A stretch of 63,703 nucleotides of DNA, the filler included, from Trichomonas gallinae (Eukaryota), in assembly GCA_008369845.1 (NCBI GenBank). It is 6 parts of 6 records of this genome, joined end to end, with 100 filler letters (N's around TTAATTAATTAA, not from the genome) between each part and the next. Parts side by side here need not be neighbours in the genome. Positions count along the whole stretch, not along the records: positions 29,679 to 52,473 come from MRSU01001204.1; 5 more parts are not named here. The stretch is one strand, 5' to 3'. A program made the translations under genes and the position numbers. The notes under the pieces were generated by a model that saw nothing but the letters and a program-made list of their open reading frames with translations, made no database searches and was not told the origin of the DNA. Below are positions 30,227 to 42,710 of the stretch, one piece after another. Each line of letters opens with the position of its first letter. Position 1 is the first letter of the stretch.

Positions 30227-31234
30227 TTAATCAGCTGAATTGTAATAAAGATAGATTATGCATGCATGCAAATCATTGAAGCATCCTTTGTGTTTATGAC
30301 CTTGATAAGTCTCTTTGTTATAAATTGCACTAATGTTAGCTTCACACAAAAATGAACTCAAATATGTCAGAGATTTCAATGAAAATTCGTTGTCGTAATT
30401 TAAATCGTTAATAAATACTGGTCCAGCTGTTGTGCAATCGTCTATATGGCAGTCTTTGAACATAAAATCACCGTAGCTCAATGCGTAAAAGAGTTTAGCA
30501 TTTCCTAGATCACCAAAGAAACAACAATTGTTGACATTGAATGTAGCATCATAACAACCAAATGCTCCGTATTTACTCTCTTCCTGGAAGTTTTTCAAAA
30601 AGTTACAGTGCTCAAAAACATACTGAGACTGAGATCCTTCATGGAAAACAGTAGCATATCCATTTTCACATCGATTTCCTTCAATTGATGAAAAATTTGT
30701 TTTGCCGCCTTGATCCTGATCAGTTAACATGTAATATGCAGAGTAGTGTGTTACTGCGTTTTTACTGATGTTAGTGGAGGAGATAATAGTGCGGCAATTA
30801 ACAAGCCGGACTGTATAATGTTTGTTTGAACTGATGCTTGAAGTAATACTGCCTTCAACTAAAAAATTAGGATTTTTTGAAGAAGATAGTGAAACATCTG
30901 AACGCGAAAATGATGGACATGAAAGAGCACAAAATCGATGCTGAATTACTGATTCGACATTTTTGACATAAATCGCACCATCATTTTCCTTTGAGCTGCA
31001 TTTAAAGAAGATGCACTCAGAATGAAGGAATTTAACTAATCGTAACGAATCTATATTAATAGCTGATTTCTTGTAGTCATGGAACTGACATAATTTTAAG
31101 TATAATTCGTCAACGTTTGTATAAAATTTCGGGTTTTCGCCAGATATAAGCTCACCGCTATATTCTGATCCGAAATAATAATGCCATAGAGCACTGCTCG
31201 CTTCATCTAAGTGAAAAAAACTCAACAAAAACAT
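30227..31234 (-). CDS. Secreted/surface Cys/Asn-rich hypothetical protein (putative beta-helix), paralog-like to 268-1278
   Basis: Hydrophobic N-terminus; ECIFFKCSSKENDGAIY vs FCYFSEVSSQNENGGAIL; TIISSTNISKN vs AEITETNISRC; HCNFLKN. Confidence 0.75.
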   Translation of the reverse strand: MFLLSFFHLDEASSALWHYYFGSEYSGELISGENPKFYTNVDELYLKLCQFHDYKKSAINIDSLRLVKFLHSECIFFKCSSKENDGAIYVKNVESVIQHRFCALSCPSFSRSDVSLSSSKNPNFLVEGSITSSISSNKHYTVRLVNCRTIISSTNISKNAVTHYSAYYMLTDQDQGGKTNFSSIEGNRCENGYATVFHEGSQSQYVFEHCNFLKNFQEESKYGAFGCYDATFNVNNCCFFGDLGNAKLFYALSYGDFMFKDCHIDDCTTAGPVFINDLNYDNEFSLKSLTYLSSFLCEANISAIYNKETYQGHKHKGCFNDLHACIIYLYYNSAD

Positions 31235-32160
31235 TTAATAAAAATACAATAATTTACAAAAACATTGAAAAATATAAAATGTTGAATTAAGTTGTATTTT
31301 ATTATTCGATATATTTAGCTGCATATTATAAGTATGTAAATTGACTTATGTCACTTTTCTGATTCAAAGTTAAATACTTCAAAACTATTACAATTTAAAT
31401 GAACCACTAATGATTTGTTCATTAAAATAATAAATCATGAGTTTTCTTGCAGTAGCCAAGTTGTTACTGGCCAGCTCTAAATAATATTTTTTCAACTCCA
31501 ATTTTGAGCATTGCTTATTCAATCTGGTTTGATAATAAGCTCTATCTCTTACATCATAATGCTCTAGGAAAGTTCTCGTGAATATTTGCCAATATAACCA
31601 TTAATAAGGTTTGGAAATCAATAACCTTATTTCAACTGATGATTCAGAAGGTGCAAAGAGTTTTCCTTTACAAAGAAAGTTTACTGCAAAATTTGAAGCA
31701 ATTTCCTAGAACTGGTCGAAAATTCTATACATTTACTACAAATCAAATGAATATAGACCATATTTTTTTTAGAAAATTTGTCATTGTAATATGTCAAATG
31801 TTAAATGTTTTGACACTTTACAATGTCATAATCTATAAAAAAGTGAGATACTCCAAATCAAATCATTTCTGCAACATGTTGTTAAAGGTTGCTAAAATGA
31901 CAAATTTTCCATATTTTTGATATATTGAGAAAAAATCTGACAAAATCAATCACTTTTATATAAAATCTGACAAATTTGTCACTTTTCATAATCTTTTCAA
32001 ACATTCGACATGATTATTCTGACATGTAGTTGGAAAATATTTCGTTTACGTTACAGAGTTATATAAAACGATTTTTAATTTGCGAAACTGTAGCATTTCT
32101 TATATAGATGATGAACCCATGAAAGAAAAAAGTATATCCGTTATTTTTGTTTATAATTTG

Positions 32161-34266
32161 ATGACGCTCTTTGACTGCGCTGCGAAGGATGATGTGTATA
32201 CGATGAAAAGGCTTATAAACGCAGGCGCCGACATAAACAAACCAAACAGGAACAACGAAACACCACTCCACATTTCCGTTATTAATGGACACTTGAAATC
32301 TACGCGATTTATCATCTCGTCCGGTGCCGACCTAAACGCCAAGACCGCTATTTTCGAAGAAACACCGCTCCACATCGCCGTTCAGCAAAATAATAAAGAT
32401 TTAATTAATCTTCTTCTCGATGCTGGCGCGGATCCAAACGTCAAAAACGTAGACGACGAAGGCCCAATCTTTACAGCAATCCGCTGGGGTAACCCAGAAG
32501 TCATTTCGCTGCTCGCAGACAGAGGTTGCCTTTTGAATGACGTAAATAAATTCGGACAGACACCTTACGGCGTTGCCACTCACTTCCAGAGCCGTAAAAC
32601 TGCAAAGGCATTACTCGATTGCGGCGTGACACCTCAAATTTCCGGAGTTCCAAGTATTTTATCATTAGATAAGTTAAACAAGCCGCTTACCACTATAAAC
32701 GACAAGAAGAAGATATTCGGCTACCGCCAGGCACCTAATGATATAGCAGATCTTTTCGAAATCGTTTCAACGAATAATCTCAAACAATTACAGGAGCAAA
32801 TAAAGAAGGGAATCAGAGTCAACGAAGTAGCCAACTTCAATAATGAATCGTTACTTCATTCCGCCGTTATGTACGGTTCGACAGATTGCGTCGAACAATT
32901 AATCCAATGCGGCGCGTTAGTCAATGAAAAGACAGAGTTTGGACAAGAGTCACCTCTCCACATTGCCATCCGCGAGGGTTTCTTCGATATCTTCCATCTC
33001 TTGATCCGCAACGGCGCCGACATCGAGTCCGAGAACTGCGACGGCGAAACTCCGATTTTCCAGGCCGTCAAAGCGAACAGACTCGAGATGTTCCGCGTCT
33101 TGGCAAGGAGAGGCGCTGATGTAAACCACGCAAACGTCAGTGGACTCACGCCAATCAGCTTCGCAGTTCTCGCTTCAAACAAGTTCATGGTAGAGTCACT
33201 TTTATTCTACGGAGCAACATTTTCGGCTGAGCAGTTCAATCCATACATGTTCTCCTTCAAGGCCGGCGACAGCGAGATTGCAGAGATCATCCACGGCATC
33301 GAGCCAGAACTCGCGAAGGAGACAACTCTCCCCAACAACTTATTCGCGATCATCAGAGCTAACAACGAAGAAGAGCTCAGGTCTCTCATCAACCGCGGCT
33401 TCAGGCTTGATTTGGTTGATACACTCGAAGGATCTCCGCTTCACTGCGCTGCACGCTGCGACTCTATCGACTGCTTGAAGCTTTTGATCGACAGCGGTGC
33501 TGATATCAATGTCGTAGACATCCAAAGAGGCGAGACTCCATTCATGACTGCCATAGCAAATGAATCAGAGCAAGTCCTTGTCGAGTTCCTTAACAACCCA
33601 GACGCAGACCTCATCAACATGAGGAACAAAGATGGAGAGACATCTTTGTTCTACGCCGTCCGCAGAAACAATATCAACCTCGTCATGGACTTAGTCAGCA
33701 AAGGCGCCGAAATCAACACTTTCAACACAGCAGGCGTCACACCTCTTTACGTCGCAACAGGACTCAAATTCGCTGAAATAGCTCGTTATCTAGTCGACAA
33801 CGGTGCAGACATCACGTGCGAGGTCCACCAATCACTCAAGTTGGCTCAGGACATGAAGGAGCCAGTGCTCATCGATTGCTTCGCTCAGAAGCCAGTCACA
33901 AGAGCTGATGCTAGGACAGCTCGCTCAGACTTAAGACGCTCAAGAATGAGCTCGAGGGCAACAACTGCAACAGGCGTCAGACGCACAATACCTACACGCG
34001 ATTCAATTGCTCCAATGTCTGTGAGCGGAGTGGTTGTAGCTACAAACACTCTCGCGAACTTCACGAAGGAAGAAGTTTATCCGTTACCAGAGAATTACCA
34101 GGAAGGACTTTGCGTCATTTGCCAGAGAAACAAGGCAACACAGAAACTCATCCCATGCAATCACGTCTGCACATGCCACGGATGCATTAAGCAGTTCATC
34201 GAGATGATGAGCCCATGTCCATTCTGCGGACTCAAGTTTTATGCAACGAAGCCAACTGTCGAATAG
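32161..34266 (+). CDS. Ankyrin-repeat protein with C-terminal C3HC4 RING finger (putative E3 ligase)
   Basis: Many ETPLH/SPLH ankyrin units; CVIC..PCNH.CTCHGC..CPFC RING. Likely start MTLFD at 32161 (alternative 32119). Confidence 0.92.
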   Translation: MTLFDCAAKDDVYTMKRLINAGADINKPNRNNETPLHISVINGHLKSTRFIISSGADLNAKTAIFEETPLHIAVQQNNKDLINLLLDAGADPNVKNVDDEGPIFTAIRWGNPEVISLLADRGCLLNDVNKFGQTPYGVATHFQSRKTAKALLDCGVTPQISGVPSILSLDKLNKPLTTINDKKKIFGYRQAPNDIADLFEIVSTNNLKQLQEQIKKGIRVNEVANFNNESLLHSAVMYGSTDCVEQLIQCGALVNEKTEFGQESPLHIAIREGFFDIFHLLIRNGADIESENCDGETPIFQAVKANRLEMFRVLARRGADVNHANVSGLTPISFAVLASNKFMVESLLFYGATFSAEQFNPYMFSFKAGDSEIAEIIHGIEPELAKETTLPNNLFAIIRANNEEELRSLINRGFRLDLVDTLEGSPLHCAARCDSIDCLKLLIDSGADINVVDIQRGETPFMTAIANESEQVLVEFLNNPDADLINMRNKDGETSLFYAVRRNNINLVMDLVSKGAEINTFNTAGVTPLYVATGLKFAEIARYLVDNGADITCEVHQSLKLAQDMKEPVLIDCFAQKPVTRADARTARSDLRRSRMSSRATTATGVRRTIPTRDSIAPMSVSGVVVATNTLANFTKEEVYPLPENYQEGLCVICQRNKATQKLIPCNHVCTCHGCIKQFIEMMSPCPFCGLKFYATKPTVE

Positions 34267-34481
34267 TTATAAAAAATATCGTGTTTCTCAAAAACATAAA
34301 AATTGTTTCACTTTCCTCTGTATAACAAAATGCACAAACATAATAATATAAACGCGTTTTTATGGATCATTTATTGATCAAAATTCAGTAAAATACACTT
34401 TCAGTTTTTGGATAATTTTTGTTTGTTTTCGGAAATAAGTGTTTGAGTTATCTGACAAGTGAAAGCAAGGTTTTATTAAAT

Positions 34482-35795
<1,314 letters not shown>

Positions 35796-36014
35796 TCATT
35801 TAAACATTAGGTCTCGTTTCAATGAGAAGTGGTCGCTAAAATTCAAATTTTTATGTAGGATTATCCAACATCCTTTATATGTAGTATGATAATTTTCATT
35901 GAGTGGTCATGTTTTGATAAGAGAATAATCGTTTCTCTCTCAAATTCTTTTTGACCACTTATGTAATATTTACCATTAAAACATAATTTCGAAGATTTTT
36001 TTAAAACTGTTATT

Positions 36015-36116
36015 TGTCAGTTTTTTTCTCTTTTCGCTTAAATATGCTTTATATTAAAATATATCATAAATTTTACTGTTTTTAGAATGTGAACGATGTC
36101 AGTTTTTTTCTCTTTT
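36015..36116. repeat. 20-bp direct repeat TGTCAGTTTTTTTCTCTTTT x2
   Basis: Copies at 36015-36034 and 36097-36116 in the divergent promoter upstream of PFK. Confidence 0.8.
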
Positions 36117-36773
36117 TAAAGATGTATAATGAACGTATATTGTAAGAAGTAAAATTATAGAGAGTTTAAAAAACCCATCGTTTTAGCTATCAATTTTTTG
36201 AATTTTTGAAAATAATTATTGCCACATACTTATTACATCATAATTTTCATTTATTTTGAAAATTTGTTGAACTTTCAATTGTCATGTTTAATTTTATGCT
36301 GTATCATGTTTTCTGCATTATAAATATTATAATTTCATGGTTTTCATCGCATTGTTTTGGCCGTTTTCATCTTTTTGGGCAATTGTCATTATTTCTGATT
36401 TCGATATTTTTTTAATTAGAACATAGTTACTATACTATTCTTAACAAAATTAGCCTCACTTCATTTTTGAATTTTCCAAAACAAATTTAACATATATTCC
36501 ATTTCTCTTTGGTTTTGGAATACACACATTTGTCGGATACCTACAGTAACAAAATTTCGCAATTTTAATTTTTTCATTAACATTGGTGTCACCCCCTCAA
36601 TCAAACAGAATTGGTGTAAAATATGTCAAATTATAATATTTATGATTGATATCATGGTTTTAACATTGAACTCGCTGTTTTTGCTAAAAACTAATATATG
36701 TGAATGATATATGATATTGCATCTAAATTAACAAAATCAAATTCCCCAAAAATTAAAAATAATTTCGAAAAAA

Positions 36774-37997
36774 ATGTATCATGATAAATCGAAGATAGAG
36801 AATTTAGAGAAATATTTCAGATCAGAAGTACCAAACAATTACAAGGCCCCCGACAAGAATCAGTCATTTGTTAGCGTGGAAAATACTCTATATCACGATG
36901 GCAGTCAAGATTTTACTCCCCTTCAATCAGAAGCAAGCAAAGCAAGCAAGTTTTGGCGCAATAGAAGCCATATTGAAGAAACATGTAGAATGTTTTTCGC
37001 TTTCGTTAAACCAAGGGGCGCAAAAAATGGTACAAGGTTAATTCTTTTATATGCACCACCATTCGTCGCTCTTTTAGATCACCAACACGAAGAACTTGAA
37101 ATTATACCGTCGTCTACACATTTTTACTTCGAAGGAAGATTTCTATTTTTAGCGAATCAAGGAAATGAACGAGTCTTTTCCATTAAATGTGATGAAAAGA
37201 GGCTTGTTGAACTCACTAAGAACAATGGAGCTGATGATATTACTCAATATTTTAGAATGTGTCAATTAAATCGTTATATCGTTCCACCAATCTTCTTAAC
37301 ATACCCATTCTACGACAAAGTCATTAATACAGCAAATTTTTATTTCTACTTGTCCAAATTTCCATCAAATTATTGGAAAGATGATCTGATTGAAAACTTT
37401 ATCAGGGCATCTGATCCAATGCTCGACGAACTATACGAGAAACTCTTTGATGACTACTTCAAGCCCATGGAATACGAAGATTCCTCAATTCCAAAAAATA
37501 ATTTTCTTTTCACTTTGCTTCATTACTCTCTTCTTTTCGATGAAGAGATAAATTCGTTCAAGATCAGTCTCGATAAAGCTAAGAATGTGCAAAATTCATT
37601 TGTTATCGCAATGGAATACATGCCATTCATTGATAGAACTAGAATGATTTTCCATTTGTTATTTGTTACAGCAGGGAGATATTTTCCAAATGGAGATCTC
37701 GCTTCAAAAGTTATTTTGAACGTTGTTCTCAAATATCTTGCGGAATACTTAGATCATAGGAAATTACCAGAAAAGGCACAACAGCTACGTGATATGATGG
37801 ATTTAAAGAGAGGAGAACTTTCTCACAATTTATATAAAAGATATCTTGCTCTTGGATCTAAATTTAGAGACCAACCCTCAGAATTCCAGCTTATTAGAAA
37901 AGGAACTTGCACTTATGATAGTTTTATTGTTGTATTGCATTTTGTTTGGTCAAATCAACGCAAATTCATGGAAATATTAGAAGGACCTGCGGAATAA
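36774..37997 (+). CDS. Hypothetical protein (407 aa)
   Basis: ATG-initiated ORF ending in TAAA; no family recognised. Confidence 0.8.
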   Translation: MYHDKSKIENLEKYFRSEVPNNYKAPDKNQSFVSVENTLYHDGSQDFTPLQSEASKASKFWRNRSHIEETCRMFFAFVKPRGAKNGTRLILLYAPPFVALLDHQHEELEIIPSSTHFYFEGRFLFLANQGNERVFSIKCDEKRLVELTKNNGADDITQYFRMCQLNRYIVPPIFLTYPFYDKVINTANFYFYLSKFPSNYWKDDLIENFIRASDPMLDELYEKLFDDYFKPMEYEDSSIPKNNFLFTLLHYSLLFDEEINSFKISLDKAKNVQNSFVIAMEYMPFIDRTRMIFHLLFVTAGRYFPNGDLASKVILNVVLKYLAEYLDHRKLPEKAQQLRDMMDLKRGELSHNLYKRYLALGSKFRDQPSEFQLIRKGTCTYDSFIVVLHFVWSNQRKFMEILEGPAE

Positions 37998-38468
37998 ACA
38001 CTGTTTTTATTGTTTTGTATTACTTTCACATCATTTTTCATTTATCTAATTTTATATTTCAAATTCTATCTTACAATGAAAAATTACTTTGAGATCGATT
38101 GTACTATGTTCAACTATTGACATTACTAATATCCAATATTGAAATTATTCATAATATAACATCACAATTGTCAATTTTGAAAAAGTGTTATGTATGTTTA
38201 AATTGATTATAAAATGAATGCATTTTAATGTTGTGTTGTAATTTCAGATTGACAGAGATTTGTAATCGCAAAATTTAGAACAATATTTCAGATTGAACAT
38301 CTATTTGATAATCTCTGATAATGATTCCTATTAAGACAGCACTAAACAGTTGCACGGAGTATAGTAGCTTTGAGATTGTGATATAAAATCTATATTTGCC
38401 ATGTAAACGAATCTGATAAAATTTACAAGACAAATATGTGTGAGATAAAAGTGTCAGTTCTTTTTAAG

Positions 38469-39335
38469 ATGAAAAAATTGCTCAAGCAATCACTTGGCGT
38501 TGTTAAAGATGCAGCCGCCTTAGTTGGTTTCAATGTAGTCGAAAAGACAGAAGATTCAGATTACGAGAACGCTAAACAAGCATTTAAGACAATTCTCAGC
38601 GATACTGTTCAAATCATCGGATGCGTCATGCAGATGAACGCACAAATTCAGGTTTTATCACGTTCAGTTACAAAACTTGGCGCCAGCTTGGTTGTTTCAA
38701 TGAATTCCGCAACACCAAATGCAAAGGGTGAAGCAACAGCGATTGATTTACTCGCCAAAAAGTTAGATGAATTCACAATTAAAGGATTAGTACGCCAAAT
38801 TGATACAAATGTTATTGCTCCTTTATCTGTATATCAAAAGGAGATTGAAAGACTGAAAGACGTCCAAGCTCAAAGACGCCCAGCACGTAAAGAGTACGAT
38901 CAAGCTAGATCTAAACTCAAACACCTTCAAAAATCAAACGCTACTGTAGGTGAGATCGACCAACTTCAACAGAAAACCGACGAACTTAAAAGAAAATACG
39001 AGTATCTCAACTCTAACTTTATCAGCGGTGTTAATATGCTCATTGCCGGAAAATCAAAATATCTTGAAACTCCTTTCCGCGAGTTTGTCAATGCATTCCA
39101 ACGCTATACATCATCTATTCAGAATGAATTCCAGAAAGCTAGTCAGAGCTTCCCAGCACAGTGCTCAGTAATTTCAACTACTCCAACTGCAAATCCATAT
39201 TCACAGATTCCTATGTATGCTCCACCACCGGAAGCTGTTGTCTATCCAGAAGTCATTATGCCACAAGAGCCTGTTATTCAGCCCGATCCAAAACCAGAGC
39301 CTAAGAAGAAAGAAAAGGTAGCATTAGCTGTGTAA
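38469..39335 (+). CDS. BAR-domain protein with Pro-rich tail
   Basis: EKTEDSDYENAKQAF, NVIAPL, RKEYDQAR and YEYLN fit N-BAR helices; start MKKLL at 38469 (alternative 38436). Confidence 0.8.
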   Translation: MKKLLKQSLGVVKDAAALVGFNVVEKTEDSDYENAKQAFKTILSDTVQIIGCVMQMNAQIQVLSRSVTKLGASLVVSMNSATPNAKGEATAIDLLAKKLDEFTIKGLVRQIDTNVIAPLSVYQKEIERLKDVQAQRRPARKEYDQARSKLKHLQKSNATVGEIDQLQQKTDELKRKYEYLNSNFISGVNMLIAGKSKYLETPFREFVNAFQRYTSSIQNEFQKASQSFPAQCSVISTTPTANPYSQIPMYAPPPEAVVYPEVIMPQEPVIQPDPKPEPKKKEKVALAV

Positions 39336-39914
39336 TTTTTCTTTTTTGGTTAAACATGATTATGCATTTATTTACTATTTTCAACACCAATATAAAACTC
39401 ATCATAATAAAACTACTTTCTTCAATCTCATCGAATGCGTGTTAATACTCCTATATTTTTTTCTTGTTTTTTCCAAAAAAAGAATGTTTTCGCTTGAGCA
39501 AGAAACGCTATTAATAAAGCTTACGCAGCCTCATGCAAACATTTGTGACTGTGTAGGCCTCAGAGATGAATCTTTTTGCTAACATCACTCGAGGATGTTT
39601 TTGATAATTTGTTCTTAATATTGAGAATGTGATATCAGATATATCATTGATGTGAAGCTTACTGAAATGTAAATGTGAAGCTACCAATTTCTGATATTTG
39701 TAAGTTTTCGACGTTTATCAGTGTCTGTGATTAGAATTGAACTAATATAATATGCAAATATGATAGTTTACCACACAACCTAATAGCATGAGTTAAACTG
39801 AATCTTATTTATTTCGTTTTATCGGAGAATATTCGAAATTTTAAAAATTAAAAATATTAAGAATACGAACATGCGAGCGATTGCCTTTAAATAATGATAA
39901 TTTCTAAAATCTAA

Positions 39915-39922
39915 AAAGTGAC
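39915..39922 (+). promoter_or_regulatory. AAAGTGAC core-promoter motif (trichomonad M2-like)
   Basis: Ends 11 nt upstream of the ATG at 39934. Confidence 0.55.
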
Positions 39923-39933
39923 AAGATTTTAAG

Positions 39934-40512
39934 ATGAAATTACTTGGACTATGTGGATATCTTCAGAATGCCAAGAAGCTGAAGGGACAGACAAACGCAC
40001 TCATGAAGCACCTCAAGAAGGTCGGTGTTGAAGTCGTTTTCATTGACCCACCATACGTTGTTCCAGAAACACCTGACTTGAGGAGCTGGGTTGAGAACGA
40101 TTCGCTTGAGGAATCATACAAGACTATCCAGAAGGCTAAGGAAGAGAATCCAGACGCAGTCGGAATTTTCGGATTTTCAATGGGCTCAATGTTCGCACTT
40201 CACTTGGCTGCACACGCTGCTACACACGAAGATTCTCCATATAAATGGATTAAAATCATCTTCTGCGCATCGGCTCCATATCCGAAAGAAGGATCTCCAC
40301 TTGGAGGCTGCCTTCCATGCCAATGCGATATTCCAGTCTTGTTTGTTATCGGCTTGACCGACCAAATTGCTCCACCTGATTCACAGAGACAATATTTACC
40401 ATCTTTCACAAACAAAACTATTTACGAACATGATGGCGGTCATTTCATCCCATCTGCAAAGGATAAGATTGAACCATATCTTAAATTCTTTGAGGAACAC
40501 AAGATTGAATAA
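39934..40512 (+). CDS. FSH1/OVCA2-family serine hydrolase
   Basis: KLLGLCGYLQN, nucleophile GFSMG, Asp in TDQI and His in HDGGHFIP. Confidence 0.9.
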   Translation: MKLLGLCGYLQNAKKLKGQTNALMKHLKKVGVEVVFIDPPYVVPETPDLRSWVENDSLEESYKTIQKAKEENPDAVGIFGFSMGSMFALHLAAHAATHEDSPYKWIKIIFCASAPYPKEGSPLGGCLPCQCDIPVLFVIGLTDQIAPPDSQRQYLPSFTNKTIYEHDGGHFIPSAKDKIEPYLKFFEEHKIE

Positions 40513-40836
40513 GCTTAAGATGTACTACTTTTAATTCAAGTCTTGCAATACATCCGCATATAATATAGAAAAGTAAACTTACGGAGAACTACTAATTTCG
40601 TATTTCTAATTATTTTTGATATTTTTTGGATTCTATTAGAAAACTCGTTAACATAAGAATAATCGCTTATATTTCGATAATATAGTATTATTCATTTTGC
40701 ACCATCAGTTTTTTGAGTTCAGCAAAAGAATCAAATTAAAATAGGCTAAAATTTGAATCAAACTCTATTATTTAAGGTTTTATATCTGATGTAACCATCT
40801 AGATAATGAGAAACAGAACAATATTTAACAAACAAT

Positions 40837-41544
40837 TTAATTTGGAATAATCTGCTTAGAAACACGAATTCCATACTCTGGAAGATCATACTTGCTGATA
40901 AATAGTTTAATGTATAAGCAAGCATACGTGATTAAACCAATAACTGATGCAATAGACGAAAGTGTGAGATCCACGTAAGCTGGGAATATAAATCTGATAA
41001 ACACAAATGATGGAGCACTAACAGCAAGTGTTGCTGAAATGATTTTCGAGAAATCTTTTGAAGGTCGGCCCAGAGCTTTACAGGCAATGTCATTTAGGAA
41101 TAGATACAGTGCATATCCATTATACATGAAGAATATGCCTATAGAATGCATAATTGGAGTAATTGAATAATTAAAGAATACTGTCAGAAGATTTCCGACT
41201 AATGCAAAGTATATTATAACTCTCATACAGAGGAATACAATATGAAAACGACGTTTGTTGAATTTGGCATTGTCAGTTTGCATCACTTCCATAACTCTAT
41301 GCCTGAAAAATATCATTATCGACACTATGACTAGCTCAATTGAGTTAAATGATGTTGCAATTCGCGATTCTAAGCTTGATGGGTCCAAATCTGAAATAAA
41401 TGGAATATTGCCTTCATGTTTAGACTTTTTTGAAAGGATAATGATATACACTGTTAACAGACAGACCATAGGCAGTATCAGCATAACATAATTAAGCGCA
41501 TGAAGAAACAGCAAAACAGTATGAAAACTGAATGATGACTTCAT
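40837..41544 (-). CDS. Frag1/DRAM/Sfk1-like multipass membrane protein
   Basis: About 6 TMs; H....PFISD....ESRI motif after TM1 and conserved His in MHSIG. Confidence 0.7.
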   Translation of the reverse strand: MKSSFSFHTVLLFLHALNYVMLILPMVCLLTVYIIILSKKSKHEGNIPFISDLDPSSLESRIATSFNSIELVIVSIMIFFRHRVMEVMQTDNAKFNKRRFHIVFLCMRVIIYFALVGNLLTVFFNYSITPIMHSIGIFFMYNGYALYLFLNDIACKALGRPSKDFSKIISATLAVSAPSFVFIRFIFPAYVDLTLSSIASVIGLITYACLYIKLFISKYDLPEYGIRVSKQIIPN

Positions 41545-41839
41545 TGATATTTTTTGTCACAGTTTAACCACCAGCCTCTTTCTATAGCTAGATATACCCA
41601 AAATACTCAAACACATACAAATTATCTCTAATTTTCATTTATTGAAAATAATAAATGAATAATAAATATCAAAAGTTATTCTATTAGGAGTTAATATATA
41701 TAATATACAAAACTAGTACATACCATATTTAACATCCAAAATAGACACTATCGATAATTTAAAAACAATATTTAACATATTTGAATGAAATTAGTTGATA
41801 TTTAATTAAGATACAGAAAATAATGAAGAATTCCTATTC

Positions 41840-41950
41840 TCAATGCTTCAAACTCTCAGACAACTGGTTCTGGTCGAGGATTTCGATGAGTGTGTCGTAC
41901 TTTATCATGTCTGGGATGGACTGGCCACTGCCAACTGGGTCAAACTCCAT
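41840..41950 (-). CDS. 36-aa small ORF or truncated gene start
   Basis: MEFDPVGSGQSIPDMIKYDTLIEILDQNQLSESLKH*. GC-enriched island with host-preferred codons (CCA, GAC, ATC, CTC), preceded by Inr-like TCAGTTTA-ATG. Confidence 0.4.
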   Translation of the reverse strand: MEFDPVGSGQSIPDMIKYDTLIEILDQNQLSESLKH

Positions 41951-42710
41951 TAAACTGATTAAAAAAATGTTAGTAAAATTATTAAAATGCTGGTAAAATT
42001 ATAAAAATGTTGGAAATTTTTCGTTTTTCATTTTAAGCGGCCAAAATTGTTGAATTTATATTGTTATATTACTATACAGCAATAAGAGACATAAAAAACT
42101 CACTCTTTCAAAAGTGAGTAATATGTTTTAAAATCCCTTGGTATATTAGTCGCGTTTATGTTGTTGTGCAATTTTGGAGTTCAGTGAACAAGTATTTCAG
42201 CTTTCAAGGCATGTGTACTGATTTAGCTGTCCAATAGGGAAATTCATTAATAACATACCAGCATATCTACTAGATTATCGATATTCTCATTTCCCACCGT
42301 TTTTCTTTATGTCCTTAATGAGAAGAAATTTAGAAGTAATCGAAGAGAAAAATTATTTAATGTTAAGAGATATGTTTAATGCTTTATTAAACTATATGTA
42401 TAAATACAAAACGACAAAGCAAACTTAAAAGAGATGTTTACATCGTTAATGATGAAGAATCTTGTAGTTAATACAAATATGCTTATTATTGTCATAGTTG
42501 GCTTTTAATGATGTAAATATAACTATATTTTGACTTTCAAGCCGGTTAACTAGATATTAAATTTGCTCAATCTTGAAATTATCGTAAAATCAATTGATTA
42601 TGATGTATAAATATAGATAATTATACTGTGAGACAGGATCCAACAAAATTGTCCATCAAAATTAATTATTTGTATAGAAAAAATTTAAAACTGAAAAATA
42701 AAAAAGCAAA

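Noticed and set aside
39480..39600. C/D-box snoRNA candidate on the minus strand
   Set aside because: Imperfect C box, no terminal D box or closing stem.
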